Shown here in pieces: positions 18,476-26,787 of a DNA stretch of 30,846 nucleotides (position 1 is its first letter; each line of letters starts with the position of its first letter). The notes under the pieces are model-generated. The model saw only the letters and a list, made by a program, of their open reading frames with translations, did no database searches and was not told the DNA's origin. Source of the stretch: a virus (Duplodnaviria; Caudoviricetes); the IMG/VR virus record IMGVR_UViG_3300032247_001025, positions 1-30,846 of that record, one strand, 5' to 3'. Both the position numbers and the translations under genes were made by a program.

Positions 18476-19363
18476 TTAAGCAGGAACATTCACAAGTGAA
18501 GTGCCGTCAGTATAAAACTTGTAAATACCAGTATCTTGGATCACTTTTGCGCCCATGTAGAAATTAGCATTTACGAAGTAGTAGCTGTTTTGTTGATCAT
18601 AACCAGCATCAATTGTCGGAGTGCCTTGACCAGATAAGTCAGCAGCAAGACCGATAGCATTTTTATGATAGATGTAGTTAGTTTCAGAAGAAGTATTAGC
18701 GCCAGTTAGACCAGGCATAACGATAAAGTTAATACCCATCCATCTATACATGCGCGGCTCATCTTGCCATTTCAAATCCAATTCAGGAGTTGGAGTTTTG
18801 CCAACATAAAGTTCGTTAGCAAAGTTAGGCAATTTGTACAATTGAGCAAAAACAGAAGGTTGAATAACCGCAGTGATGTTGCCGTCCATTGGGATTTTAG
18901 CAGCAGTCAATTTTGCTAATAAAGCAGCAAAAGTATCTGTTGAGATAGAAGTCAATGGAGCAGAAGACCATGCAGTTTGAGAACCAGCGTCTAATTGATC
19001 AAGAATAACTTTATCAATAGAACGGTTGATTTTGCCAATTGCAGCTTCGGTCATAACTCTTTCAATGTCGCCTTGTGAGCCAAGGATGTCTTCTTTATTT
19101 CTGACATCTTTAGCAAACTGCATTTGCATTGTAGCAGTGTATTGAGTTTGTGTAAAAGTGTTTGATGGCACGAAACCGTTTGCACCGCGAGTAACGGCAT
19201 AATCATTTCCAGTGTCAGCAACTTCAAACACAGCTTGGTAGCCTTTTGCTTGGAATTGAGTTAAAACTGAGTTGTAAAGTAATTTTTGTCTTCTTTGGAA
19301 GCCTAAAACGATCTCGTTTCTATAGACGACTAAAGGAGCACTAGGAGTAAATGCTACTGTCAT
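18476..19363 (-). CDS. Major capsid protein (HK97 fold, BPP-1-like)
   Basis: 295 aa after the scaffold; INRSIDKVIL, RWMGINFI, YHKNAIGLA and MGAKVIQDTG motifs. Confidence 0.9.
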   Translation of the reverse strand: MTVAFTPSAPLVVYRNEIVLGFQRRQKLLYNSVLTQFQAKGYQAVFEVADTGNDYAVTRGANGFVPSNTFTQTQYTATMQMQFAKDVRNKEDILGSQGDIERVMTEAAIGKINRSIDKVILDQLDAGSQTAWSSAPLTSISTDTFAALLAKLTAAKIPMDGNITAVIQPSVFAQLYKLPNFANELYVGKTPTPELDLKWQDEPRMYRWMGINFIVMPGLTGANTSSETNYIYHKNAIGLAADLSGQGTPTIDAGYDQQNSYYFVNANFYMGAKVIQDTGIYKFYTDGTSLVNVPA

Positions 19364-19396
19364 TGGATAGTATAATTAAATTTGTAAGGGAAACAA

Positions 19397-19523
19397 TCTG
19401 TTTAAGGAGTGTGCCAACAAACAAACTTAAGATTATCCTTTAGGGGTCTTAGTTATGTTCTTAAAGCGTCCGTTTTATCAGAAATTTATGAGCAATCATG
19501 CTCTAGTAAAGGCTAAACGCCTT
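19397..19523 (-). promoter_or_regulatory. Structured RNA in the scaffold-capsid intergenic region
   Basis: Two short hairpins (AAGGC/GCCTT, GAGCA/TGCTC) and one long interrupted stem-loop; see findings. Confidence 0.5.
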
Positions 19524-19542
19524 GACTAATTCTTTTGGAATT

Positions 19543-20508
19543 CTATTTTTTTCTCGCAGCTAGATCCATTTCAATTTGATTGAGTTCGGCTCTTAGTTCT
19601 GGAGAGTTGTAAAATAACTTGGAATCAGAAAGAGCAATCTTTTCGATCTGCTTCTTACGATCCATTAAGTTAGGTAAATCTGTTGTTGGGCTGGCAACTA
19701 ATGTGTGTCCGCCTTGTTCTTGTTTAGCTTGTTTTAGGAAGTGATTTATAATAGCTGGGTCATTAATAGCAAAAGAACCATCAGGTAAAGTTGCTTGATT
19801 TAGCTTATTAAAGGCATCAGAACCTAATGCTTTTTCTAAATGAGTAGCTACAATAGAAAGATTATCTTTAAATTGAGCACCCCATTGTTTTTTTAATTCT
19901 TCAGCCACAGCGTTTTGTTGTACCTCAGCATTACGGATCTTTTCAGATTCCATTGCATTAGTCATTTCAAAATAAGCTTGAAGACTTTTCTTAGCATCAT
20001 CTGGCTTCATGTTCATTTCATGAGCTTTCTTTAACCAAGATTCTACAATTGGTTTATCATTTTCGCCAATTACAACGCCATTTTCTAAATTAGTGTCGTA
20101 TTTATCCCATGATTCAGGAATCCCTGCCTTTTCTCTCCATTCAGTTACTTGTTCAGGAGTAGCATCTTTTGGAAGTTCTGGGGCTGGTCTTGTGCTTGAG
20201 AATTGTTTTTGTAACTCTCTATAAGCTTTTGCAAGTTCTGCAGGTGTCTTATGTTTTTCTAACTCTTTTAAAAGTTTAGGATCTTCACCAGCAATATTTT
20301 GTCTCCAATCATCTTTCCAGTAAGATTCTTCTGCTTTGCTTTCACTCGCAGCTTTGTCTAAAAGGCTAGATGGTTTAACTTGCTCTTTTGGAGCTTCTGT
20401 TTTTACAGGTTCAGTTACTGGTGTTTCATTTACTACTTGTTCTGTTGCTTGAGCGGAAATAGAAGTGTCTACGGTTGTAGGTTCTTGGATCGAAACAGTT
20501 TCAGTCAT
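19543..20508 (-). CDS. Capsid scaffolding / assembly protein
   Basis: Acidic low-complexity N-terminus, DWRQ..LAKAYRELQK, GIPE...Y, ELKKQWG motifs; lies between portal and MCP. Confidence 0.8.
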   Translation of the reverse strand: MTETVSIQEPTTVDTSISAQATEQVVNETPVTEPVKTEAPKEQVKPSSLLDKAASESKAEESYWKDDWRQNIAGEDPKLLKELEKHKTPAELAKAYRELQKQFSSTRPAPELPKDATPEQVTEWREKAGIPESWDKYDTNLENGVVIGENDKPIVESWLKKAHEMNMKPDDAKKSLQAYFEMTNAMESEKIRNAEVQQNAVAEELKKQWGAQFKDNLSIVATHLEKALGSDAFNKLNQATLPDGSFAINDPAIINHFLKQAKQEQGGHTLVASPTTDLPNLMDRKKQIEKIALSDSKLFYNSPELRAELNQIEMDLAARKK

Positions 20509-20510
20509 AT

Positions 20511-20846
20511 TTATTTATTGTTGTTAATAGGATTGTTTTCTTTGAAAGTATTAATGTTTGAAACGGCTGCTATTGATAGCAACGCTCCAACATGTCTGAC
20601 ACCTTCATTGAAACTTGTTATTGCATGGCTTTCATTAAATGAAGGCGCTGCGGATCTGCAAAGCTTGTTGATAATCACAGAGTAAGCTAATTGCTGCTCG
20701 TATTCGTTAGCTCTACCTTTTGCTACTTTTTGAAGGGCGATTACTTCGTCTTTTTTAATAAGGTCATTTAAATCAACGCCTCCAAAGAAGTTTTTGGCAA
20801 AGAGGGCTTTAGTTTTAGACATATTAAGTTCTTGCAATGTATTCAA
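20511..20846 (-). CDS. Bbp19-like phage protein
   Basis: TSFNEGVRHVG matches the F.EG.R.VG motif of small genes between portal and scaffold. The start may be the second Met (20822). Confidence 0.65.
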   Translation of the reverse strand: MNTLQELNMSKTKALFAKNFFGGVDLNDLIKKDEVIALQKVAKGRANEYEQQLAYSVIINKLCRSAAPSFNESHAITSFNEGVRHVGALLSIAAVSNINTFKENNPINNNK

Positions 20847-21042
20847 AAAACGGCATTTCGCTTTTTATCTTTGTTACAAAGACTTTTGAAACTTTTACTT
20901 TAGCTCCAGATACACCTTTAAAATGTCTCGCATTTTTTATTGCCTGAAGAACATTAAAACAGATACACCAATGCTTTGGTCTGTTGGGGAAGAAGGTTTC
21001 AATTAACAAGCCTTTTTCCATGCAGTTATCAGTTACTTTCAT
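20824..21042 (-). CDS. Hypothetical small basic protein
   Basis: 72-aa ATG ORF filling the gap between the portal and the Bbp19-like gene. Confidence 0.55.
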   Translation of the reverse strand: MKVTDNCMEKGLLIETFFPNRPKHWCICFNVLQAIKNARHFKGVSGAKVKVSKVFVTKIKSEMPFFEYIART

Positions 21043-21064
21043 ATTTGATTTAATTATGTTAATA

Positions 21065-22744
21065 TTATTCTAGCCCCGCTTGATTAATTGCTTGCGCTCC
21101 TTTCCCTATCTGTTCAGCAGCTTGACCGCCAGCAGCTAGGGTTTGAATAAATTGTTGTTGTTGTTGAGCTTGTTTTTCGTTAGCTACCATTTCGTCAACC
21201 TCATCTTCATCATTTAACCATTTAGCAGGTATACCTTGACCATCTAAAGCATCTCTCAAAGCAAGAGTAGCGTTAGGAAGGAAGCGAGCAGAAGGGTCTA
21301 ATTGGATTGTTTGGGCAATAGTTCCCATCATTTCAATAAACTTCTGACCTTTATCTGCACCTTTAGCTTCAATAAGTGGAGAGGTAAATGTAAAATCTAC
21401 AGTCTCGCCTTGCAATTCTTCTGGTATAGTCTCAGGCGCACCAAAGGCTCTAACATGCATCAAAGTATCGAATTGCATCTTGCACATTGCTGCGTTATAC
21501 TCATTTTGAAGAGTTCCAAAAAGAGGAGAGGCTGATCTAATCCATTCTTGAATTCTTTGTCTTACTTCAGTTGCAGTCATGGCTGCATCGAATACAGGAA
21601 GCGAAAGCTTATCTAAATAGAACGCTCTTGTTAATTGAGCTCTAGTATCTGCCTGCATGGTTAAACCATACTGAAGACCAGAGCGGTCAAGATTCATTAC
21701 CTTCACTGCATCATCAGCAGATCCTTCGTAGCCGTCTTGAATCCATGAAATAGTGTTGGCTATTAATGAAATATCAGAACGAACTGCGCTTTCATGTGCA
21801 ATCAAAGGAGGATTTACCGCCTTCTCACCTGCTTCTAATAATGAAAGAGTGATAGATTGTAGCAATCTAGCATCAGGCAAAGCGGCAACAACTGCTGGAG
21901 AATAAGCATATTGAGAACCTGAAACAGTTTGCCATCTAGGAATGCAATAGATCATGGTTGGAGAGCCAACGCATTCGATCTCGTGTTCTTCTTCTAATTG
22001 GCAATAAATTGACACGAATGGGAGTTTAATTTTACGATCCTTGGTTGCTGTGTCGCTATAAGAAGTGTAATAATCATCATTACTCATTACGATGTGATAC
22101 AAAGTAATGTCGCAATCTCCCTCTTGGGATAATCTTTTAATAGTTGCAGGACTTAATTTATCACCAAATTGCGTATAAGCTTGACGGATATTAGTTTTCC
22201 ATTGGCGCACTACAAAATTTATCTGTCCGTTAGCAGCTTCTTGCCAAGCTAGATCTCTTAATAACCAGCAGCGATGTAGCAAGTTCTTAGTTTTGTAATC
22301 AATTTCGATTGAAATGGCGCATTGTCCAAAAACTGAGTAATCATAGTCTCCCTGATCAACTGCTCTTTGGAAGCCAGATTCTTTGTCGTAAATGAAATTA
22401 GTCTGTTGTTCTGTAGCCCATTCTAAGAATTGGCGGCTTTCGTTGTTTAAGATTTTTTCTTTTTTGTTATTAGCAATTGAGATCTTGAACCATTGCTCAC
22501 CAGCGGGGCGAAGATAGGTACTGATTGATGAAGCTAAATCTCTTGCTACAAGCAAAGGATAAGATGTTGTTAGATTGGAAGCGAAATCTCTGCCGTAGGG
22601 AAAAGCATTGGTTCTAGTAAAGAAAGCTCTTTGCGGATAAAAGTTGTAAGCAATATTCTGCCAGAACGAGTTTAATTGCGTCTTAGTCGAAAGAAGAGTT
22701 TGCGCTCTTGTGATTAAGAATTGAGTTTTTGGATTAAATGCCAT
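21065..22744 (-). CDS. Portal (head-to-tail connector) protein
   Basis: 559 aa; WQNIA..FYP, P.GEQWF, PRW..VSG..YAYSP...ALPD...LQ, PPL, MTATEV..R, F.SPL motifs. Confidence 0.92.
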   Translation of the reverse strand: MAFNPKTQFLITRAQTLLSTKTQLNSFWQNIAYNFYPQRAFFTRTNAFPYGRDFASNLTTSYPLLVARDLASSISTYLRPAGEQWFKISIANNKKEKILNNESRQFLEWATEQQTNFIYDKESGFQRAVDQGDYDYSVFGQCAISIEIDYKTKNLLHRCWLLRDLAWQEAANGQINFVVRQWKTNIRQAYTQFGDKLSPATIKRLSQEGDCDITLYHIVMSNDDYYTSYSDTATKDRKIKLPFVSIYCQLEEEHEIECVGSPTMIYCIPRWQTVSGSQYAYSPAVVAALPDARLLQSITLSLLEAGEKAVNPPLIAHESAVRSDISLIANTISWIQDGYEGSADDAVKVMNLDRSGLQYGLTMQADTRAQLTRAFYLDKLSLPVFDAAMTATEVRQRIQEWIRSASPLFGTLQNEYNAAMCKMQFDTLMHVRAFGAPETIPEELQGETVDFTFTSPLIEAKGADKGQKFIEMMGTIAQTIQLDPSARFLPNATLALRDALDGQGIPAKWLNDEDEVDEMVANEKQAQQQQQFIQTLAAGGQAAEQIGKGAQAINQAGLE

Positions 22745-23094
22745 TAGCCACCGAAAGTATTGTTAGCGCTAGCGCCTTGATTTGTGAGAAGAGTTGACGC
22801 TCTGCCACTTCTTTGTTGTAGTTGTACTAAAGAGTTAGCCCTTTGTTGCTGTACCGCTGCATTATCTACGGTTGGAGCTATCTTTGGAGTAGAGATTGGT
22901 TTTAATAGATTATTCTGAAGAGCATTTTGCGCTCTTTTAGCTTGATCACCACTTTGTTTAGTACCTCCAGCAATTAAAGCTAAAGATCCTGGTGCAGCAG
23001 CTAGAGATAGTCCACCTGTAAAAGGGGCTGCTGCAATTGCGCTAATTAATCCCACGGTTCCTAATGCTTGTTTAGGCGCTCCACTTCCACTCAT
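22744..23094 (-). CDS. Small virion protein upstream of the portal
   Basis: Ala/Gly-rich N-terminus and C-terminal RSGRASTLLT motif typical of this position. Confidence 0.65.
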   Translation of the reverse strand: MSGSGAPKQALGTVGLISAIAAAPFTGGLSLAAAPGSLALIAGGTKQSGDQAKRAQNALQNNLLKPISTPKIAPTVDNAAVQQQRANSLVQLQQRSGRASTLLTNQGASANNTFGG

Positions 23095-24674
23095 AATCCC
23101 CTCCGCTCTGCATATTTATCTGTCATTTTTGTTGGTCTCACATGATTAAAGTTAAATCTTGGCAGTGTTTCAGGGATCAAGCCTTTACGACCTCCCCACC
23201 ATGCCATTACTACTGCATCTGCTTCATTGGGAGAATATCCTAATTTTTTTACCACATCATCTTTAGGCTCAACTTGAATTTTAATTCCTCTCAATTCAAA
23301 AGTTGGAGCAGTCAAACCAGCTATTAATTTTGCATCATTAGGCAATTCAATGTGTGAACCGCCAACTTGATCAGGATTTAAAGCTTCACGCATCATCCAA
23401 TAAGCCTGAGAACGAGCATTTGTAAAAGTTAATTTACCATCTTCAGTTCTTCTTGTTGGTCCTTCACCGCCTCGATAAGACTTAAGAAACTCAGTTCCTA
23501 TGTTTTCTTTCAAGATAATGTAAGCGCCAGAACCATAACCACCGCCCATATCAAGCGTTACTTCTGCTCTATCTCTTCTTGCTTTAATGACTTCACCAGC
23601 CATTTGCGAGCCATATTCATCTTTAATTGTGTTGAATTTAATCAACTTGGCAAAGTAATGATCGAATCTTGGAGCTATTACAGCTTCATCTTTACCACCA
23701 CCAGAGCAATCAACGCCCATATTGCACATTGGAATGCCTTGTGGTGGGATTGTTCTTTGTTCATGTCTTCCAATAGCAGCTTGAACCCAAGCAGTAGGAA
23801 TGACTTGATTTTGTTGATCTTCCCTTGCTGCCAAAAAGTTTCCGGACAACAACTGAGACCTAAATGGCTCTGGTATTGTCTGTAAGTTCTTTTTATATTC
23901 TTTTGGATCTAAATATGGGTTATCTTCAAGTCTGGCCGGGATATAAGTTCTTGAATGCGGGTAATAATCTATGCCATCAATTGTAACTATATTCTTATCA
24001 GCAACTTCTTGAGATTTGCCTTTAGAATTGAAGATAAACCACCTTAACTCACCAAATTTAGCTGGATTTGGATATTTTGGATCAAGCCAAGGAGCAAAGA
24101 AAGTTCCTAGCCAATCACCCGTAGAATTTACAGGAGGGTTTGAAGCTAAAATAATTCTACATCTTTGACCTTTAACTGTTGTTCTATTCCAACCGATCAT
24201 TAATCGGATGTCGTTTTCAGGTAATTGTGCAGCTTCATCAACTCCAATAAAGTCAAAAGCATTACCTTGCTTGCCTGTATCAAGTTCACCAGACGAACCC
24301 ATTCCTTGAAATGAGATTATTCTGCCGTCCGGACTCTTATATTTCGGTCTATTTCCTCTAACTATTCCGTCAGAAGTCTTTAAAATTCCTTGCAATCCGT
24401 CAACTACAGCTTCTAAATCTGTAAATTGTTTGCGGATTATTAAGCTTCTCTGATGTTGTGTAAGTGAACAACCGAGAAGTAAAGCGCTTTTTCCTCCGCC
24501 TGGCTGACCACCATATAGGAGAATATCAGCCTTGGAGAGATAAGCATCTGTTTGAGGCCCAGCGTTTGGATACCAAGCCTCGTCTGGCAAGATTTCATTA
24601 ACCTCTTGCTCCAATTCTTCAAATTGCTGTTGAGTTAGGTTCTTTGAAAGTCTTGCCAGAATTTCGTCAAGCAT
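23091..24674 (-). CDS. terL: Terminase large subunit
   Basis: Walker A GGQPGGGKS, Walker B FIGVDEAAQ, coupling motif ASNP, DNPYL, nuclease GVDCSGGGKD and SPNEADA. Confidence 0.95.
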   Translation of the reverse strand: MLDEILARLSKNLTQQQFEELEQEVNEILPDEAWYPNAGPQTDAYLSKADILLYGGQPGGGKSALLLGCSLTQHQRSLIIRKQFTDLEAVVDGLQGILKTSDGIVRGNRPKYKSPDGRIISFQGMGSSGELDTGKQGNAFDFIGVDEAAQLPENDIRLMIGWNRTTVKGQRCRIILASNPPVNSTGDWLGTFFAPWLDPKYPNPAKFGELRWFIFNSKGKSQEVADKNIVTIDGIDYYPHSRTYIPARLEDNPYLDPKEYKKNLQTIPEPFRSQLLSGNFLAAREDQQNQVIPTAWVQAAIGRHEQRTIPPQGIPMCNMGVDCSGGGKDEAVIAPRFDHYFAKLIKFNTIKDEYGSQMAGEVIKARRDRAEVTLDMGGGYGSGAYIILKENIGTEFLKSYRGGEGPTRRTEDGKLTFTNARSQAYWMMREALNPDQVGGSHIELPNDAKLIAGLTAPTFELRGIKIQVEPKDDVVKKLGYSPNEADAVVMAWWGGRKGLIPETLPRFNFNHVRPTKMTDKYAERRGL

Positions 24675-24682
24675 TTTTCGCT

Positions 24683-25261
24683 CTATGCAGTTAAATCAAC
24701 TGGGATAGTGTCATAAACTACCAATACATTAATTGCATAGTTGCCGCCTGTTATTTCACCAGATAATAAGTTTGCAACAAGTGCCGCACCTGCAACTGGA
24801 GTAATATCACCAACAACTGTAGCAGAAGTGCCGTTTAATGCCAAAGAGTTAGCAACACGTAATTGTGCAGTAGCTTGGTCTAAGAACCCAGTTGATGCAA
24901 TTACAGCAGCCGCAACAGCACCTGATGCGTTAGTGTATTTCAATGCAAGGTTCTTGGCAGTAGTAGAAACAGTATAAGCCGTACCAGCACCGTGCCAAAT
25001 TTGCCAGTATTTTACAACATGAACATAAGAAGAATCATCAGGAGCGGCAACAACTGTAATTGGAGTTGAGTTTAAAGCCAATAATTGAGCTGAAGTGATT
25101 TGCACAACAGCGCTTTTATTAAACTCGCATTTGTTTTTAAGCGCAATACCGTTTGAAGTTTGAGCAACGATTTGATCACTAGAACCAGAGCCCTTGCTTA
25201 ATAGTCCGAAGCGTCCGTTGAAGTCTTGACCTTGTAAGTTTGCAATTTTTTGAGTAGACAT
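24683..25261 (-). CDS. Putative virion structural (head fibre / decoration) protein
   Basis: Ala/Thr/Val-rich beta-type sequence; ITSAQLLALNSTPITVVAAP motif. Confidence 0.55.
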   Translation of the reverse strand: MSTQKIANLQGQDFNGRFGLLSKGSGSSDQIVAQTSNGIALKNKCEFNKSAVVQITSAQLLALNSTPITVVAAPDDSSYVHVVKYWQIWHGAGTAYTVSTTAKNLALKYTNASGAVAAAVIASTGFLDQATAQLRVANSLALNGTSATVVGDITPVAGAALVANLLSGEITGGNYAINVLVVYDTIPVDLTA

Positions 25262-25279
25262 ATAATTTATTTATTTGAA

Positions 25280-25642
25280 TTAATTAACTTGTGAATAAAG
25301 AGCGATTTGTAGAACACACGCAGAAGGGGCGATTATACTTAATTTAGTAATATTAGCACCAACGCGTCTAATTGCAGGGTTGATTTCTGCACCAGTTCCA
25401 TTTGTTACAGAAGCTCCGGGTATTGTTGCACCAGTTCCATTCCATAACACATAGAAGTTTCCAGTGCATGAGAAAATCATAGCTTTTGGGGTTACGCCGG
25501 CAGAATCAACTAAGGCGGATATATTTATATCAACCGCAGTATTTGCAGCTAATACATAATTGTTAACTGACAAAGGTGGTTCAAGTGCAAAAGTGACATT
25601 GTCACGAACTCGCATTTCGTTTAATATTGTTGAAAGTGCCAT
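25280..25642 (-). CDS. Putative virion structural protein (beta-sandwich)
   Basis: VLAANTA...FSCTGNFYV..A.IP...NG.G.E.NP..R; uncharged, structural-type composition. Confidence 0.55.
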   Translation of the reverse strand: MALSTILNEMRVRDNVTFALEPPLSVNNYVLAANTAVDINISALVDSAGVTPKAMIFSCTGNFYVLWNGTGATIPGASVTNGTGAEINPAIRRVGANITKLSIIAPSACVLQIALYSQVN

Positions 25643-25843
25643 GTATGTTTGCCTATAAAGTTAATTTAAACCCCTTTCTTGCTCTTCCTAAGTGTTCGAT
25701 TTTGACACACTTGGTTAAAATAAGGGTTATTTTGGGGTTTTTGTACTATTTTAATAAAAAAAACTAAAAATATCGTTTGACAATGAAAATAAATTACTTG
25801 ACATTCCTCGCGGGCAGATAACTATCTACAATCAATTCTTTAT

Positions 25844-26338
25844 CTAATTATCAGAATCATTAGTTTGTTTTGCTAAAAATGAAGCCAGTTTCCGAGCTAA
25901 GTTCGTCTTCCGCTCATCAATCGGTATCAAATCTTTTCCATCTTTTCCAGTTACTTGCAGTTTATCTACAAACAATCCTAGATGTTTTCCTAGCAGCTCA
26001 CTTGCTTTCAAAGCTGCTTGTGCATCAATCATCTTCTTCTTAACTCTGACATTTTCTCCGTCACCTTGAGTAAATTCTTCAACTTGTTTATTAAAGTTCA
26101 AAATTTCCAAAAAGTTATTTATTACAAATTCCGCAGAAACTTGAGCTTTTTCAGCTAAAATAGCCTGTTTTGCTTCGATTACTTCTTTGATCTGAGGTTT
26201 TCTGAGGTTTTCATAAGCTATTTCTTGAGCTGCATTTTTGCTATATCCAGCTTTTATTGCAGCTTGTGTTCCATTCCCTTCTTTGACATATTCTCTAGCA
26301 AAAGCCTTCTGTTTCGGAGTTAGCTTTTTTTCTTTCAT
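25844..26338 (-). CDS. terS: Terminase small subunit
   Basis: LTPKQKAFAREY..NGTQAAIKAGYS..A.EIAYENLRKPQI and ALKASELLGKHLGLF. Confidence 0.95.
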   Translation of the reverse strand: MKEKKLTPKQKAFAREYVKEGNGTQAAIKAGYSKNAAQEIAYENLRKPQIKEVIEAKQAILAEKAQVSAEFVINNFLEILNFNKQVEEFTQGDGENVRVKKKMIDAQAALKASELLGKHLGLFVDKLQVTGKDGKDLIPIDERKTNLARKLASFLAKQTNDSDN

Positions 26339-26340
26339 TT

Positions 26341-26457
26341 TTATTTCTTTTTAGAGTTAGCAATAATCTTTTTAGCTGCTGCTTTATCTTCTTTTTTATC
26401 AGCTTTAGAAGCTTCTACTTTCTTTAGAGCAGCTTTCATTGGCATTTTGTTTTTCAT
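26341..26457 (-). CDS. 38-aa Lys/Ala-rich basic peptide, first gene of the late operon
   Basis: MKNKMPMKAALKKVEASKADKKEDKAAAKKIIANSKKK; ATG at 26457 just downstream of the terminator. The longer 26553 start would run through the terminator. Confidence 0.65.
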   Translation of the reverse strand: MKNKMPMKAALKKVEASKADKKEDKAAAKKIIANSKKK

Positions 26458-26473
26458 AATATGAGATAATTTT

Positions 26474-26520
26474 AGGCAATAAAAAAGGCCGCCAAATCCT
26501 TGTGAGACTTGAGCGACCTT
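26474..26520 (-). terminator. Intrinsic terminator in the late-operon leader
   Basis: Minus strand AAGGTCGC-T-CAAGTC-TCACAAG-GATTTG-GCGGCCTT followed by TTTTATTGCCT. Confidence 0.75.
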
Positions 26521-26559
26521 AACAATATATAGTAGTGATATGGAATAAACCACTCTAGA

Positions 26560-26595
26560 TTCCTACATCTTCATCTTTGGATTTTGAAAGTCAAG
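26560..26595 (-). promoter_or_regulatory. Putative late promoter
   Basis: Minus strand CTTGACT -35 box (26595-26589); weak -10; tandem AAGATG AAGATG (26577-26566); about 50 nt upstream of the terminator. Confidence 0.45.
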
Positions 26596-26607
26596 CTATT
26601 TTTTGTC

Positions 26608-26787
26608 TTATTTTTTATTTCTTTCAAACATTACTCTAATCCATTCCCCAGTTCCTTCTTTAAACTTAGAAAGCCACGCTTTTTTAGAATAACATTCAGC
26701 GCAATATAAATGCTCGAAAGGTTTTTGTTTCTCGTGTTCTTTATTTGATTCTTTGTGCTTACAATCAATGCATCTATCTTTGATCAT
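26608..26787 (-). CDS. 59-aa zinc-finger-like protein (not in the ORF track)
   Basis: Hand translation MIKDRCIDCKHKESNKEHEKQKPFEHLYCAECYSKKAWLSKFKEGTGEWIRVMFERNKK; two CxxC motifs; ATGA overlap with the upstream stop. Confidence 0.7.
   Translation of the reverse strand: MIKDRCIDCKHKESNKEHEKQKPFEHLYCAECYSKKAWLSKFKEGTGEWIRVMFERNKK

Noticed and set aside
18447-18478. Read-through fusion of the capsid with the in-frame downstream decoration gene
   Set aside because: The capsid TAA is followed by TAT and a second in-frame TAA; no slippery site was seen.
796-24977. Short antisense or alternate-frame ORFs (796, 4436, 4654, 5766, 7618, 7689, 10247, 14230, 18176, 18273, 20380, 21302, 23604, 24440, 24741) and 30597-30833
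   Set aside because: They are shadows of well-supported genes, with no motifs or independent expression signals.
26458-26553. Upstream extension of the basic peptide ORF
   Set aside because: It crosses the leader terminator, and its composition changes abruptly at Met 26457.
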